Source: Squalus acanthias
Lineage: Eukaryota
DNA: 64,000 nucleotides
Direction: 5' to 3'
Assembly: GCA_030390025.1 (NCBI GenBank)
Contig: CM059431.1
Span: forward strand, 135,720,001-135,784,000
Under the pieces are notes generated by a model. It was given only the letters and a program-made list of their open reading frames with translations, was not told the DNA's origin and made no database searches. Made by a program: the position numbers and the translations under genes. Positions 1-13,000 of the stretch are shown piece by piece (positions within the stretch are counted from its first letter, which is position 1; every line of letters begins with the position of its first letter).

Positions 1-2477
1 ATTTAAGATAGTTATGGAAAAGGACAATGATAGACCTGGAATAAAAATTCTAAATTGGGGAAAAGCAAATTTTGCTAAGCTCAGAGGGGATTTAGCCATA
101 GTGGACTGGAAACAGCTACTTGAAGGTAAATCAGTGTCAGAGCAGTGGGAGACATTCAAGGAGGAGATCCGGAGGGTTCAGACCAAATATGTGCCCTTAA
201 AGAAAAAAGGTGGGACTAGCAAATCTAGAGCCCCCTGGATGTCTAGAGACATACAGGGTAGGATAAAGAAAAAAAGGGAGGCGTATGACAGATACCGAGG
301 ACTAAATACAGTAAACTCTTTCGTATCCGGCACCTACAGGACCAGGATGGTGCCAGTTGATGAAAAATTCTGGATAACAGAGAGGTAGGCAATTTTTAAC
401 ACAAAAAAAATAAAAACCACTGACTAACTCGGCCACCGGGGGAAACTCGGATTCGGAAAAACGAAAAATGGATGGATTCGGCAAGATTACCGGTTATCTA
501 TTTTGCCGGTTATTAAAGAATTTCAGATGATGAAGTGCTGTTTAAACAAGAGTTTACTGTACTCCAGAATCTTTAGAGGAGTACAGAAAGTACAGGGGTG
601 CAATTAAAAAGGATATTAGGAAAGCAAAGAGAGAGCATGAAAAATTCTCGGCAAGTAAAATCAAGGAAAACCCAAAGATGTTTTATAAATATATTAAGAG
701 TAAGAGGATAACTAAAGAAAGGGTAGGGCCTATTAGAGATCATGAGGGTAATCTGTGTGTGGAGGTGGAAGACGTCGGTAGGGTTCTTAATGAATACTTT
801 GCGTCTGTTTTCACAAAGGAGAGGGATGAAACAGACATTGCTATCAGGGGGGAGGAGTGTGAAATATCAGATGAATTAACATAGTGAGAGAGGAAGTATT
901 AAGGGGTTTAGCAGCTTTAAAAGTGGATAAATCCCCAGGCCCGGATGAAATGTATCCCAGGCTGTTAAGCGAAGCAAAAGAGGAAATAGCAGAGGCCCTG
1001 ACCATCATTTTTCAATCCTCTCTGGCTTCAGGTGTGGTGCCGGAGGACTGGAGGACTGCTAATGTGGTACCCTTGTTTAAAAAGGGAGAAAAGGATAGAC
1101 CAAGTAATTACAGGCCAGTCAGCCTAACCTCGGTCGTGGGAAAATTATTGGAAAGAATTCTGAAGGACAGGATAAATCTTCATTTAGAAAGACACAGATT
1201 AATCAAGGATAGTCAGCACGGATTTGTTAAGGGAAGGTCGTGTCTGACAAACTTGATTGAATTTTTTGAGGAGGTAACAAGGAGGGTAGATGAGGGTAGT
1301 GCGTTTGATGTAGTGTATATGGACTTTAGCAAGGGTTTTGATAAGGTTCCACATGGCAGACTGGTCATGAAGTTAAAAGCCCATGGGATCCAGGGCAAAG
1401 TGTCAAGTTGGATTCAAAACTGGCTCGGAGACAGGAAGCAGAGGGCAATGGTTGATGGGTGGTTTTGTGACTGGAAGGCTGTTTCCAGTGGGGTTCCACA
1501 GGGCTCAGTACTAGGTCCCTTGCTTTTTGTGGTATATATCAATGATCTAGACTTGAATATAGGGGGTATGATTAAGAAGTTTGCAGATGATACTAAAATC
1601 GGCTGTGTGGTTGATACTGAAGAAGAAAGCTGTAGACTGCAGGAAGATATCAATAAATTGGTCAGGTGGGCAGAACATTGGCAAATGGAATTCAATCCGA
1701 AGAAGTGTGAGGTAATGCATTTGCGGAGGGCTAACAAGGAAAGGGAATACACGTTTAATGGTAGGACACTGAGTAGTGTAGAGGAACAAAGGGACCTTGG
1801 ACTGCATGTCCACAGACCCCTGAAGGTAGCAGGCCAGGTAGATAAGGTGGTTAAGAAGGCATACGGAATGCTTGCCTTTATTAACCGTGGCATAGAATAC
1901 AAGAGCAGGGGGGTTATGCTTCAACTGTATAAAACACTAGTTAAGCCTCAGCTGGAGTACTGCGTGCAGTTCTGGTCACACATTACAGGAAAGATGTGAT
2001 TGCACTAGAATGGGTACAGAGGAGATTTACAAGGATGAGGAAAGACTGGATAGGCTGGGTTTGTTTTCCTTGGAACAGAGGAGGCTGAGGGGAGAACTTA
2101 TTGAGGTGTATAAAATTATAAGGGGCATAGATAAAGTGGATAGAAAGGACCTATTTCCCTTAGCAGAGGGGTCAAAAACCAAGGGGCACAGATTTAAAGT
2201 AATTGGGGGAAGGTTTAGAGGGTATTTGAGGGGAAATTTCTTCACCCAGAGGGTTGTGGGGGTCTGAAACTCGCTGCCTGAAAGGGTGGTAGAGGCAGGA
2301 ACCCTAACCACATTTAAAAAGTACTTGGATATGCACTTGGGATGCTCTAACCTGCAGGGCTACGGATCAAGAGCTGGGAAGTGGGATTAGGCTGGATAGT
2401 TCTTTGTTGGCCGGCGCGGACACGATGGGCCGAAATGGCCTCCTTCCGTGCTGTAACTTTCTATGATTCTATGATTC
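1..2477 (+). mobile_element. CR1-clade LINE running in from the window edge, frameshifted ORF2 (linker + RT), interrupted by a MITE at 309-559
   Basis: ORFs 14-388, 678-884, 884-1999 and 2010-2267 carry [36 protein letters not shown] and LFSLEQRRLRG. The 3' UTR has a GGCC-GAAAT-GGCC hairpin and a (TTCTATGA)n tail at 2459-2477. Confidence 0.95.
309..559. mobile_element. Tc1/mariner-superfamily (Tigger/pogo-like) MITE
   Basis: Perfect 12-bp TIR CAGTAAACTCTT (309-320) / AAGAGTTTACTG (548-559), with TA on both sides (307-308, 560-561). Removing it restores the CR1 reading G-L-N-T-P-E-S-L-E-E-Y. Confidence 0.88.
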
Positions 2478-3469
2478 GAAAACATCTGCTCCTTATGAAA
2501 ATTAACCCAGGAGAAATGAATCAGGCCACAGGGAACCAGGGTGAGAGGTATTGCCCACAGTAAACCAACTTTTCGCAGTGACAGGAGTTGGCAAGATGTG
2601 GCACACAGTCAGTAGTTCTGTTTTGGGGAGGGGCAGTCACTCAGTCTAAAAGGAAAATGATAAGGAAGAGATGGTATGACTAGCCAGGATTTGCCTGTCA
2701 AATCTAATGTGAGATTTTATTCCTCTCTACCATTTCAGTCACTTCAGAGTAATGTTCAATAAGCAAATCAAGACCTAAGAACTTCAGAAATTAAGATCAC
2801 CCTGAGGTTTGGTAGGACTATAAATCACTCTATGTGGGTGAAGCTCTCTACAGTGAGCACAAATTTATTAAATGTATCTTTTTATATATACTAAAAGAGC
2901 AAGTTTACTTACATTTTCGTATGAAATTTCACTTTTTTTTCAAATAAATATTTGTTGCTTATCAAGATCACTGCTAGGAAAGAAACTGTCATGACTAGGG
3001 ATTATTGGTTATTTGACCTAACATGGATTTTTGATTTAATTGGTGATATGTTTCTGATATGAGCTGAGGTTTATTTTTTTAAGGTTAAATCCTCAAAGGT
3101 CCAGCATCCATTCTATAATCTTAACAGAAAAAGACATACTGGTGCTACTGTGACAAAGATGGCATTGGTATGCTTATGAGCTAACGTAACAGTTAATGAG
3201 CCAACCATTGAATCTGTTATTATTAATAATCTGGGGCAATAAATACATGGCTTATATTATGTTTCAAATACTTCCAGTAGGCAATTACACTTGAGATGTT
3301 AAGAGGAACTGAATTAGCTGACAGGAGCCTCTACTGAGAAGTAGTATCCAGTTTGATTTAGCAGGTCTAATGACCAACCCCCGGACAGGTAAGGAACATA
3401 AGGTGACCGCTCAATACACAATACACCAGGGCAGGTGAGAGAAGACCCAGGTCTAGACTAAAAATGAAA

Positions 3470-4976
3470 ATAGAGCACTGGACACAGGAAAGGCTATGGG
3501 CCCCAACAATATCCCAGCTGTCGTGCTGAAGACTTGTGCTCCAGAACTAGCCGCACCTCTAGCCAAGCTGTTCCAGTACAGCTACAACACTGGCATCTAC
3601 CCAACAAAGTGGAAAATTGTCCAGGTATGTCCTGTCCACAAAAAGCAGGACAAATCCAATCCAGCCAATTACCGCCCCATCAGCCTACTCTCGATCATCA
3701 GCAAAGTGATGGAAGGGGTCGTTGACAGTGCTATCAAGCGGCCCCTAATCACAAATAACCTGCTCACCGATGCTCAGTTTGGGTTCCACCAAGACCACTC
3801 TGCTTCAGACTTCATTACAGTCTTGGTCCAAGCATGAACAAAAGAGCTAATTCCAGAGGTGAGGTGAGTGTGACTGCCCATGACATCAAGGCAGAATTTG
3901 ACTGAGTTTGGTATCAAGGAGCCCGAGTAAAATTGAAGCTAATGGGAATCAGGGTGAAAACTCTTCATTGGCTGGAGTCATACCTAGCACAAAGGAAGAT
4001 GGTTGTGGTTGTTCGAGGCCAATCATTTCAGCCCCAGGACATCGCAGTAGGAGATCCTCAGGGCAGTGTCCTAGGCCCAACCATCTTCAGCTGCTTCATC
4101 AATGATCTTCCCTCCAACATAAGGTCAGAAGTGGAGATGTTCGCTGATGATTGCACAGTGTTCAGTTCCATTCGCAACTCCTCAGATAATGAAGCAGTCC
4201 GTGCCCGCATGCAGCAAGACCTGGACAACATTCAAGCTTGGGTTGATAAGTGGCAACTAACATTTGTGCCACACAAGTGCGAAGCAATAACCATCTCCAA
4301 CAAGAGAAAGTCTAACCACCGTCCCTTGACATTCAACAGCATTACCATCGTCGAATCCCCCAACATCAACATCCTGGGGGTCACCATTGACCAGAAACTT
4401 AACTGGACCAGCCTCGTAAATACTGTGGCTATAAGAGCAGGTCAGAGGCTGGGTATTCTGTGGCGAGTGACTCACCTTCTTACTCCCCAAAGCCTTTCCA
4501 CCATCTACAAGGCACAAGTAAGGAGTGTGATGGAATACTCTCCACTTGCCTGGATGAGTGCAGCTCCAACAACACTCAAGAAGCTCAACACCATCGAGGA
4601 CAAAGCAGCCCGCTCGATTGGCACCCCATCCACCACCTTAAACAGTCTCTCCCTCCACAACCAGTGCACTGTGGCTGCAGTGTGTACCATCTACAAGATG
4701 CACTGCAGCAACTTGCCAAGACTTCTTCGGCAGCACCTCCCAAATCTACGACCTCTTCCACCTAGAATGACAACAGCAGCAAGCGCATGGGAACATTGCT
4801 GTTCCTTCAGCATCGCTGGGTCAAAATCCTGGAACTCCCTCCCTAACAACCTTCACCACATGGGCTGCAGAGGTTCAAGAAGGCAGCTCAGCACCACCTT
4901 CTCGAGGGCAATTAGGGCTGGGCAATAAATGCTGGCCTGCCAGTGATGCCCACATCCTGTGAATGAATAAAAAAAA
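3470..4976 (+). mobile_element. Second LINE family (CR1/Jockey group), 5'-truncated degenerate RT, short poly(A) tail
   Basis: ORFs 3496-3837 (NYRPISLLS, QFGF) and 3933-4928 ([12 protein letters not shown]). The 3' end GGCAATAAATGCTGGCC...AATGAATAAAAAAAA differs from the TTCTATGA-tailed CR1s. Confidence 0.88.
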
Positions 4977-5883
4977 TGTTATTTTGATTTCAGCCAGGGC
5001 AGACCAGAAAGAACAAAAGTGAAAATTTAGCCTACAACCAAGAAAGTGTAGCATGTTTTATTTGCTTTGTATTTTGAGAATAATTACAGAAAAAGTTAAA
5101 ACAGTTTCGAATAGCTACTCTGTTAAGCCACATGCATTCTATAAAATGAGCCAGCTTCTTGACTTCACCATCACCTCCCCTCATCAGAGTGTTCATCATT
5201 TCTGTCTTTTTGAAGATTGGAGAAGAACACATGTACAAGGGTCGCAATATCTAGTTTGCATAACAAGGAGGTCATTGTTACACTTTCTCCAGTTGTGCTA
5301 CTGTTTAACTAGATATTAGGCACTATCAACATACTCCTAAACTCAAGGGATGCAGGACTTCCTTACAGAAGTGACCAGTGCCACTGAATCTGAGAGAATA
5401 GCTGGCAAAATTCGGATCCGTAGCGCCCACTTTTTGGCACTATGGGTGACGTTTTGAGTCCAAAATGGCGTCCGCGCCATGCACGCACACTTCTGGTGCG
5501 GGCTGCGTCGAACACTACTTTGATGAGGTCGTTAGTGTGGGCGCTGGGAATGTGCACTGGAATTATGTAGAGTAGGCAGATCATGACATCAGTCAGCGTG
5601 TAACGTTGATTTGAAGCCAGCGCTGCCATTTTCAACCTCAATGCTGTATCTAACGCACGCACAGCTGAATATGCATTCAGCAGCAGGAAGGACCCTCTAC
5701 CAGCACTATTTAAAGGGATCATCAACTGCTTTCAAGTTAGTTGCTGATTGATTTCTACTGGCTCTTGGTGAGGTTGTAGAAGTGTTTGGTGATTTTGTTA
5801 TCTTATTTGAAGTTGCTGAAGTCTATAGGGAGTGGTGTGGTACGTTACGTCAAGGCTTCTGCTGAGACCAGTTGCTCCCAGAC

Positions 5884-6993
5884 ATGGGTGCAGTAGTTTG
5901 TATCTCCCTTGGCCTGCAGCATGACCGGGAGAATAAGCAGAGGCAACACAGAGCAGGACAAGCTGCTCGAAGAGGGAGGACGAGGGGGAGAAGGGCTCTC
6001 AGTAGGAGGCCATATCCATCCAGGGTCTTCAGAGAGTAATTCTCTTACCTTAAACGCAGTGAGGAACAGTGTATGTGATGTCTCCTCTTCACTAAGGAAG
6101 TGCTCACTGAAATCTGCCACCTGTTGCAGGCAGAACTGCAGACTCAGAGCAGGGCAAGGACATCATTGTCAGTGGCTGTGATGGAGAGCGTGGCCATGAA
6201 TTTTTATGCATCGGGCTCCTTCCAGGCTGGAGCAAGCGATATTTCAACATCTCCCAGTTGACCATGCGCTGTTGTACTGAGGCTCTCCATGCAGAGAGGT
6301 GAATACATTTCATTCTCTCTTGCCAGAGTGAAACAGGCGGAGCAAGCACATGGCTTCACCAGGATAGCAGGCTTCCCCATGATGCAGGATGCCATTGACT
6401 GCACGCAAGTCATTTTGCAGGTGGTGCACGTGAATTCTGAGATGTACTGCAACCGGAAGGGATTCCACTCCCTCAATTTCCAGCTGGTATGCAACCATAC
6501 ACAGTGCATTATGCAGGTCAGTGCTTGGTATCCTTGCAGCAGTCATGATGCCTTCATTCCGCTGCAGTCCATTGTACCATCCACATTTGAGCCACCATGA
6601 CAAACCAGAGGGTGGCTGCTCGGCGACAAGGGCTATCCACTAACCACCTGGCTCATGGCTCCGGTGGGCAACCCAATCACATGTGGGCAGCATGCATATA
6701 ACGAAAGCCATGCTGCCACATGGAAACTGATAGAGCAGACCATTGGCGTCCTTAAACAACGCTTCTACTGATAGACCGCACTGGAGGATCCCTGTAGTAC
6801 TCTCTAGAACTCATCTCAAGATTTGTCGTGGTCTGCTGCATGCTCCACAACCTCGCCATCATGAGGGCACAGCCCTTGCCACCATGTATACGGCAAAGAG
6901 CTGAGGAGGAGGAGGAGGAGGAAAGGAGAAGGCAACCAACCCTTTCTGGCCAAGCTGTCCCGTGATCAACTCATTTGACTGCGGTACCAGTGA
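5884..6993 (+). pseudogene. Harbinger transposase (HARBI1-like DDE nuclease) with frameshifts and stops
   Basis: [25 protein letters not shown] and SHDAFI in ORF 6289-6600. Downstream: WLLGDKGYPL..WLM, IEQTIGVLKQRF, CCMLHNLA and an acidic GAG tract. Confidence 0.9.
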
Positions 6994-7157
6994 ACACAAC
7001 CCCAATTCCCCATTCAGCAAAAGTCCCACACCTTACCTTCCTTCTGTTACTGACCATCACAATGTCCTCTTCGCCATAATGCCATAATAAAGCCGCCACA
7101 AAACAAACATTCCAAACCAAATTTATAAATCATACCATCCAATATTACATAACAAGG

Positions 7158-8927
7158 TCAACTAATCCCCCTTGTGCATCCGTTAGTGCCAGTCTTCCGT
7201 GTGCCTTTGCCTGTCCTATGTAGTGCTATCCCAGTGGCTGCAGCATGGCTGGTGGAAGGCTGCTGACTTTCAGTGGGGAGACTGCAGATGACCTTGAAGG
7301 ATGAACTCAAGCAGCTAGAAGGCCCAGCTTCGGACTGCACCACCTTGGCAAGGGCGGCAGCAGTCCGGGCTGCCTGGTTGACAGGCAAAAGCAAGGGCAC
7401 TGGCGGAGTGGCAGTGGTGGGAGCATGAATGCTGCCATCCTGAGAGAGGACGGTAGGTTTGTGCTCCTCGGAGCCACTGCCACTCCCCCAGGGTGGTGCC
7501 TCAGCAATCCTAGTAATCTGTTGGAGGACAGATTGTTGGATTGCTGTGACACCCTGCACTTCCCTTTCAACACTAGTAACTGCAGCTAGGATGGCAGCAG
7601 TCTGAGCTTGCATGGCAGCAAGCTAAGCTTGCATGACAGAAGTCTGAGCTTCTACTGCAGCACCCAGATGTTGGGTGGCTTCTGCTTGTGCTGCAATGGA
7701 AGCTGAGACATCGACCATCAGATGCTGCATCATGGTTAGCTACACAAGTGCGCTAATGGAGTTGCCCATCACTTCCATGCTGTCTGCCAATGCAACTCGT
7801 ATTTCATTGTGCATACCCATCAGTCTTCTTCCATAGACCGCCCCATCGAAGTCCTCATCTGCGTCCTGTGCAGCAGAACTCGTGTGCAACCTCTCCTTCC
7901 AAGGAGCTGGCACCTGTGCTACCCTTTCCCCCTGCTCATGCCCGGTGTCTCACCACGTGCAGATCCCGCGTCTAAACTATCTTCTAAATTATGGAGAGTG
8001 AGGGTATCTGAGCCGGTGGCTGCGAGTGTGAAATCGAGTGCCAGTGCGTCTTCAGCATCACTTCTTTCTTCCTCTGGCAGCTCCTGTTCCTCCACCTATG
8101 CCTGGCCAGGTTGCAGTCCTTGGCTATCTGAAAGGAGAAAGGCACAAGGGTAGGGTTGCAGTGAGGGGATGGTGGGAAAGCAAGAGGTACATGCTTACAC
8201 CATCTGCAGTTTGTAAATCAGAAGAGATTGCTGGATGAGGGGGAAGTGCAAAAGGAGGATTAGGTATGAGGATAACATTATCTTGGATTGTTTCAGCCCC
8301 ATCGCTCGCCACGGGCTCAGCGATGGCCACTCCAATAAACACCCTCTCCTCCATAGGTCATACAAGCGTGGCTGTCTCCCTGCGGCTAGCCCCTGCTGCC
8401 TCCGGTTATGAGCCAACTTGTCCTGCAAGAGAGCGGGAAGTGTGTCAGTGAGTGTGATGCAATGTGTTTGGATGATGTGCCTGACATGGCAGTGTGTGCA
8501 AGCTGTGAGATGTGGGTGTGAGGCTTGTAGCAGTGTGTGAGGGTGAGGTGAAGCTATGAATATGAGGTATGAGTCAAGATTGATGGAGATTGTTGGCAGG
8601 TGTCTGAAGGGGGATTGGTGAATTGAGCATTGTCTGAGCCTAGTGGTTCAGTTGTAAGGATATGGCAATTGAGCATGAATTCACTGACCTTGACTACTTG
8701 TGTGAGGTCATTAAACTTCTTTCGGCACTACATTCAGGTCCTCGGGGCTATACTGCTGGCATTGACCGCGACAGCTATCTGCTCCAATTGCCTTCTCAAA
8801 GTTTGTCTGGAGGGCCTCCTGGCCCTCTGTGGATACAGGACCTCTCTCATCCTGTCTACCTCCTGCACCAAGGCCTCCATGCTACATCAGAGCATCTTGG
8901 AGCCCACTCTCTGCCCTGTTGCACCAT
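7158..8927 (-). pseudogene. Harbinger Myb/SANT-like DNA-binding protein gene, three exons, degenerate
   Basis: Exon 1 at about 8927-8689 (EALVQEV..REVLYP...CRKKFNDL) ends at AAG|GTCAGT. Exon 2 starts at TTGCAG|GACAAG, 8422 (DKLAHNRRQQ). A long low-complexity exon 3 spans about 8127-7158. Confidence 0.75.
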
Positions 8928-9899
8928 CAGAACATCTTCTTGCTCACACTCTCTTCCCCAGCCACTTCCAGCACCTGCTGCAGCTAAGGTGTAGGCTGCC
9001 TTTAATTAGTGGAGGCTAGCTTTAAGTGGTGCTAGCCTCGCGCAAACTTGGGCACCCTGCTGAGGCGTGCAGCCACTCAGCAGCGCGTTCAGTGCTGGGA
9101 TGCATGCTACTATTATTTAAATTAATAGGCAGTACAAAGTTTGTGTGCTGCCTGCATCAGAAGGAACGGGCGCACGTTGATCGCGCATCGGGATCCCCGC
9201 ACTCGTTTTCGGACCTTGTCCAATTTTTAGGCTAATATCTAAGGCAGATCAAAAATTTGTAACAGAAATGTTTCTCATTTCAGGCACCAGATGTCAGCAC
9301 CAAGCATGTCCTGGTCAGGTTATAGCACAATAATATGCAAAGTGACGCTCCCTCTACTCTACCCTAACCTACCTCTACAATATGCTTGAGCCAGAAAGGC
9401 TGCTACAAAATTTTTTATTTTTTTTTGCATTTTCCACATTGGTTATCTATGGCCTCTTTGCTGTTGATTTAGTGCAAAATTCTGGTCAGTGTTATTCTAT
9501 GGGCCTATGCCCATTAGGAGCTTGGATTGAGACTGCCCACATTAATTCCCTATAGCACACTTAAAGTTAATAGACAGTGGAAACATTCTTTTCCATGAAT
9601 CTGTATTTGATTTTAACTTGGCTGAAAGGCTAATTTCTAACCATCCATTTGGGTCGTGTGAATTGTAAATTTATTTGACACTCTTGCACTTAACCCTAAG
9701 ACCATGAGGAAATCATGAGAACACTACAAACTCGTAGATATATTTAAAAGCTCAGTAAACGGTTTGCAGACTGTCAGCTGAAGATTGTGTCTCCTGGTTC
9801 AATTTATCACTCGGCTGTGTGTGATACAGCCAAGAAGAGGACTAGCACAGCCACACTGTCATTTTTCACACTTGACACTATGTAAGTTTGTAGAACATA

Positions 9900-10258
9900 G
9901 GGGGAGATCTCAGCCCACATCCAGTGCTCAAAAATTATTTTTTTAAAGTCGGTGATTTTTTTCACGACGGCAGGCCACCGCACCTTGAAATGGCGCCCCG
10001 TGAGTGGCCGATCTCACTGTTCACCACCCCTGCAGCAGTCGGTAACATCGAAGGGGAATTTTTCTCCCGAGGCGCTACTGGGCGCTGCGCCCGAAGATGA
10101 CATCATGATCACCGGGCGCAGAAGATCGGGGCGATACCCAGTAGCGCCGCCGCTAACTTCCCGCGGAATTTCGCAGGAGCTGCGCTTTAGCGCCTTGGCG
10201 GGGCGAAAAACCATTTGCACTTCCCACCGGAGACGCTAACAATGGGAATTTCACCTCC
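9900..10258. mobile_element. Harbinger-type MITE
   Basis: GGGGGAGATCTC ... GAATTTCACCTCC ends flanked by ATA on both sides. Internal TAGCGCC/GGCGCT repeats. Confidence 0.7.
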
Positions 10259-10870
10259 ATAATGTTTTACCTGCTTTACCTGATCATGGCTTTTTGAGTG
10301 TTAATTGCAGATTGATTTTTCTGGAAAAGGAAATCACCCCTTGTCTATGTTTCCATGAGAATGCACAGTATGGCTGTTTCCTCAGTAATAGAGATAATGC
10401 AGAACAGTCCATTTTAAACCAGATTTTCATGCTAGTTTGTCAAAGCTAATTTAATCACAGTCAACACATGTAGCATCTATGATTTCCAGTTCACAAGTTA
10501 TTCTCAGTCACAAGAGTGCCAATGAGGGGAGGTGCAGCTAATGCTGTTCTCCACTGACATGAAAATTACATTTGATTGTAGATGTTTGATAAATGATACA
10601 ATCTAGATCATCAAACAAGCTGACTAAGTGCTCTGTGTAGAGCAGCAGCCTGTGGTTTTCAAACTGTGGTGATTCCACAGGGCTCCTAAACCTGGTTAGG
10701 ATTTGCTTTGGGTTTATGAGCTCTTGCTCTGTAGACTGGCAGCATTTTTCATCTGTATCAATCATAGTTCTCTCCCAATTCTTATGCCATTTCTGAATTG
10801 AAATTCTCCCTGCATTTCAGGTTAATGTTTTCTGGAGTGAATGAAAAACTCATGCTCACAATGAGACTTA

Positions 10871-11753
10871 GGGGGAAAATTTCGGTTGCTTTGCGCCTCC
10901 CATTAGCGCCTTAAGAGGGCGCTAATGGGGCGCAAAGCAACTAGCGCCCATGCGTGGCGATGTTTGCGCCACTTGCGAAATTAACCAGACATTTTGCGGC
11001 GGCGCTAAACACTACCACCACGATCTTCTGCGCCCGCAGATCGTGACGTCAGTCGAGAGTGCAACGCCCCGGTAGCACCCCGGACTGGATATTGAGTGGC
11101 GCCCCCTGTCTTACCACCTGCCGTTAGCAACGACAGGTTGAGGGGAGCATTTTGCAGTCGGGAAGGGACTGGGGGAGCGCTATTTAAAGGTGACTGCTTC
11201 CTGCCTTTTTTTGTCGGTGACATTTTTACACCACGCATTCTGAGAGAGAGAGAGAGAGACTTCTGGAGAGATTCAACACTGTGTGAAGGAGTTTTGGGTA
11301 CTGAGCAGCACTTTGCAGGTTCATTTTGATTTGACCTTCCTTGTATCGATTTAGAAGAGACTTTGGGGGCTGCACTCTGAGCTCTTTCCCTGGGACTCTC
11401 CATTGTTCTTTCCAGCAGATTTCATGTACAGGTCTCTCCAGGCCGAGATTCAAGGCTGCAATGAGGAGGGTGTGGATGGAGAGCAAGATCGACTCTCCCC
11501 TTTAAGAACTGGCCAGCTGTGTTCCATTGCTGACTGACATCACATGAGCTTCACCAGCGCTCTGAGGTAGCGCCTCGCTCCTCGGCGTTAGCGCCTTAAG
11601 AGAGGTGTGAAGCGCCTGATTTAGCGCTCCAATCACCTCCAGGGGCGATAAAAGCCAAGTTTGTAGTTGTAGGCGATAATTAGCGCCAGGTGCTAAACTT
11701 TGCGCCCAGCTGATAATTGCGTCCCAAACAGGGCAATACCGAATTTCTCCCCC
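10871..11753. mobile_element. Harbinger-type MITE family A, complete copy
   Basis: TIR GGGGGAAAATTTCGGT / ACCGAATTTCTCCCCC (14/16), TSD TTA (10868-70, 11754-56). A second copy lies at 42538-43380. Confidence 0.92.
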
Positions 11754-11844
11754 TTAGTCTTGCTGAATGGTGACTCAGTTACACAGGCTGTATTGTAAAA
11801 CCCTAGGAATAATTAATAGGTATAAGGGAAAATCAGAAAGACTG

Positions 11845-12275
11845 AAATTTAGCACACAAAAACGAGTGGGCTGGATTCGGGTCAGATGTTAAAATTAAAA
11901 AAATCTAAACCCTGATCCCAACCTGCCTCCAACCTGCCTGCACTTCTGGATTTTACAGAGGTGGGACAAGGGGTGGGCAGCCAACCCACTCCCAAGAGGC
12001 GGATTGGCAATTTAAATATTTTATTGAGGCTGGTAGCCTTTGATTTAATCTGCTTCGCAGGTTTTACAGTAGGCAGCCGGGTTTCCAAGGCCGCGGGAAA
12101 CCCGGCAGCTGAAGTGCGGCAAGGACAGCTTTGGGAGAAGGTTAGTGCCTTCACCGCACTGCTTGTGGGCTAAGAGGAGCAGGAGCACAGCATACGGGGA
12201 GTCCCGGACTTCCGAGTTTCCCATCTGAAACTCCATCCCCCCGCCCCTGTTAATACCCAGGCCAATGGTTTTCAT
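11845..12275. mobile_element. Probable fragment of a non-autonomous DNA transposon (Harbinger-like terminus)
   Basis: Resembles the termini of the 21680 and 34471 elements (GTTAAAATT..., CCCAACCTGCCTCC, GAGGCGG..TTTAAAT). No paired TIR found. Confidence 0.45.
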
Positions 12276-12946
12276 TCTTGAGTTAAGCCAGCATAGTTCT
12301 AATTAATTAACCTCAGTATACCTCAAACACTTTCTTATTGCGGAATTCCTTTTGGTATGAGACTACTGTTTACTTGACACAACCTAATAGAAGTGATAAG
12401 AAACATGTTGGAAATCTGAACTAAAAACCAATCACATTTGTGAGAAATTAATGGCAGGGCACACAATACGCCCAAGTGCTGAATATAAATCTTTTATCCT
12501 CATGGGTTTTACGCTACAGTTCCTTTTAAAAGAAAATGCATCTGAATCTGACTGGGCTTTTACTGTATTTAGAATTGTCTGTCAATTGGTTAACTGTTCA
12601 CCACTTAAAAATTGAATTACCAAGAACCTGGATCAGGAATGAACCGCTGAAAAGTTGGCAAGATTTTTGCTGTTTGAAAATGCTGTGGTATTTTTTTGCA
12701 CCGTTGCTTCTTTTTATTCATTTTTAAAGAAATTGTACAATGCCATATTTTTAGATTTTTTACCTTATTTTTCTTCCCAGAAAGAATTTGGGAATGAGTT
12801 TACGTGTGTTTTAAAATGAAGTGAATTCACATCGTTTTTTAAAAAGTAACATGTTGCAGACATTGAGCTATGTATTAAAGCCAGATAGGCCAGTTTGTGG
12901 AATGTTGCAACTCATAGTCTATCTCAAATGGGTACAATAAAGGTCA

Positions 12947-13000
12947 CGGACTAAATTCGGTTGATTTGCGCCTCCCATTAGCTACCCAATTTTTACCCCC
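12947..13000. mobile_element. Minimal remnant of MITE family A (left and right termini fused)
   Basis: AAATTCGGTTGATTTGCGCCTCCCATTAGC matches the left end at 10878-10908 and is joined directly to TACCCAATTTTTACCCCC, which matches the right end. Confidence 0.7.

Larger units (their letters stand above)
5401..9233. mobile_element. Degenerate two-gene PIF/Harbinger transposon (transposase +, Myb/SANT-like gene -, convergent)
   Basis: CpG-rich termini with imperfect TIR-like ends (GGCAAAATTCGG at about 5404; CCAATTTTTAGGC at about 9220-9232). Both genes are recognisable inside. Boundaries are approximate. Confidence 0.85.

Noticed and set aside
1213..1924. Recurrent antisense ORFs over CR1 RT (…VSSANL…, …PCGTPL…), also at 36469, 46235, 48172 (5' part) and 60287
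   Set aside because: Shadow frames of the RT coding strand, recurring only because the repeat recurs.
5032..5319. Short ORFs in unique sequence as possible host exons (also 10538-10765 and 58040-58454)
   Set aside because: No recognisable protein motif or convincing splice-site pair. Cannot be fully excluded without a search.
11005..11486. Similar ORFs in both MITE A copies (also 42621-43154)
   Set aside because: Overlapping frames on both strands, no recognisable domain, and ends differ between copies. Explained by repeat identity and GC content.
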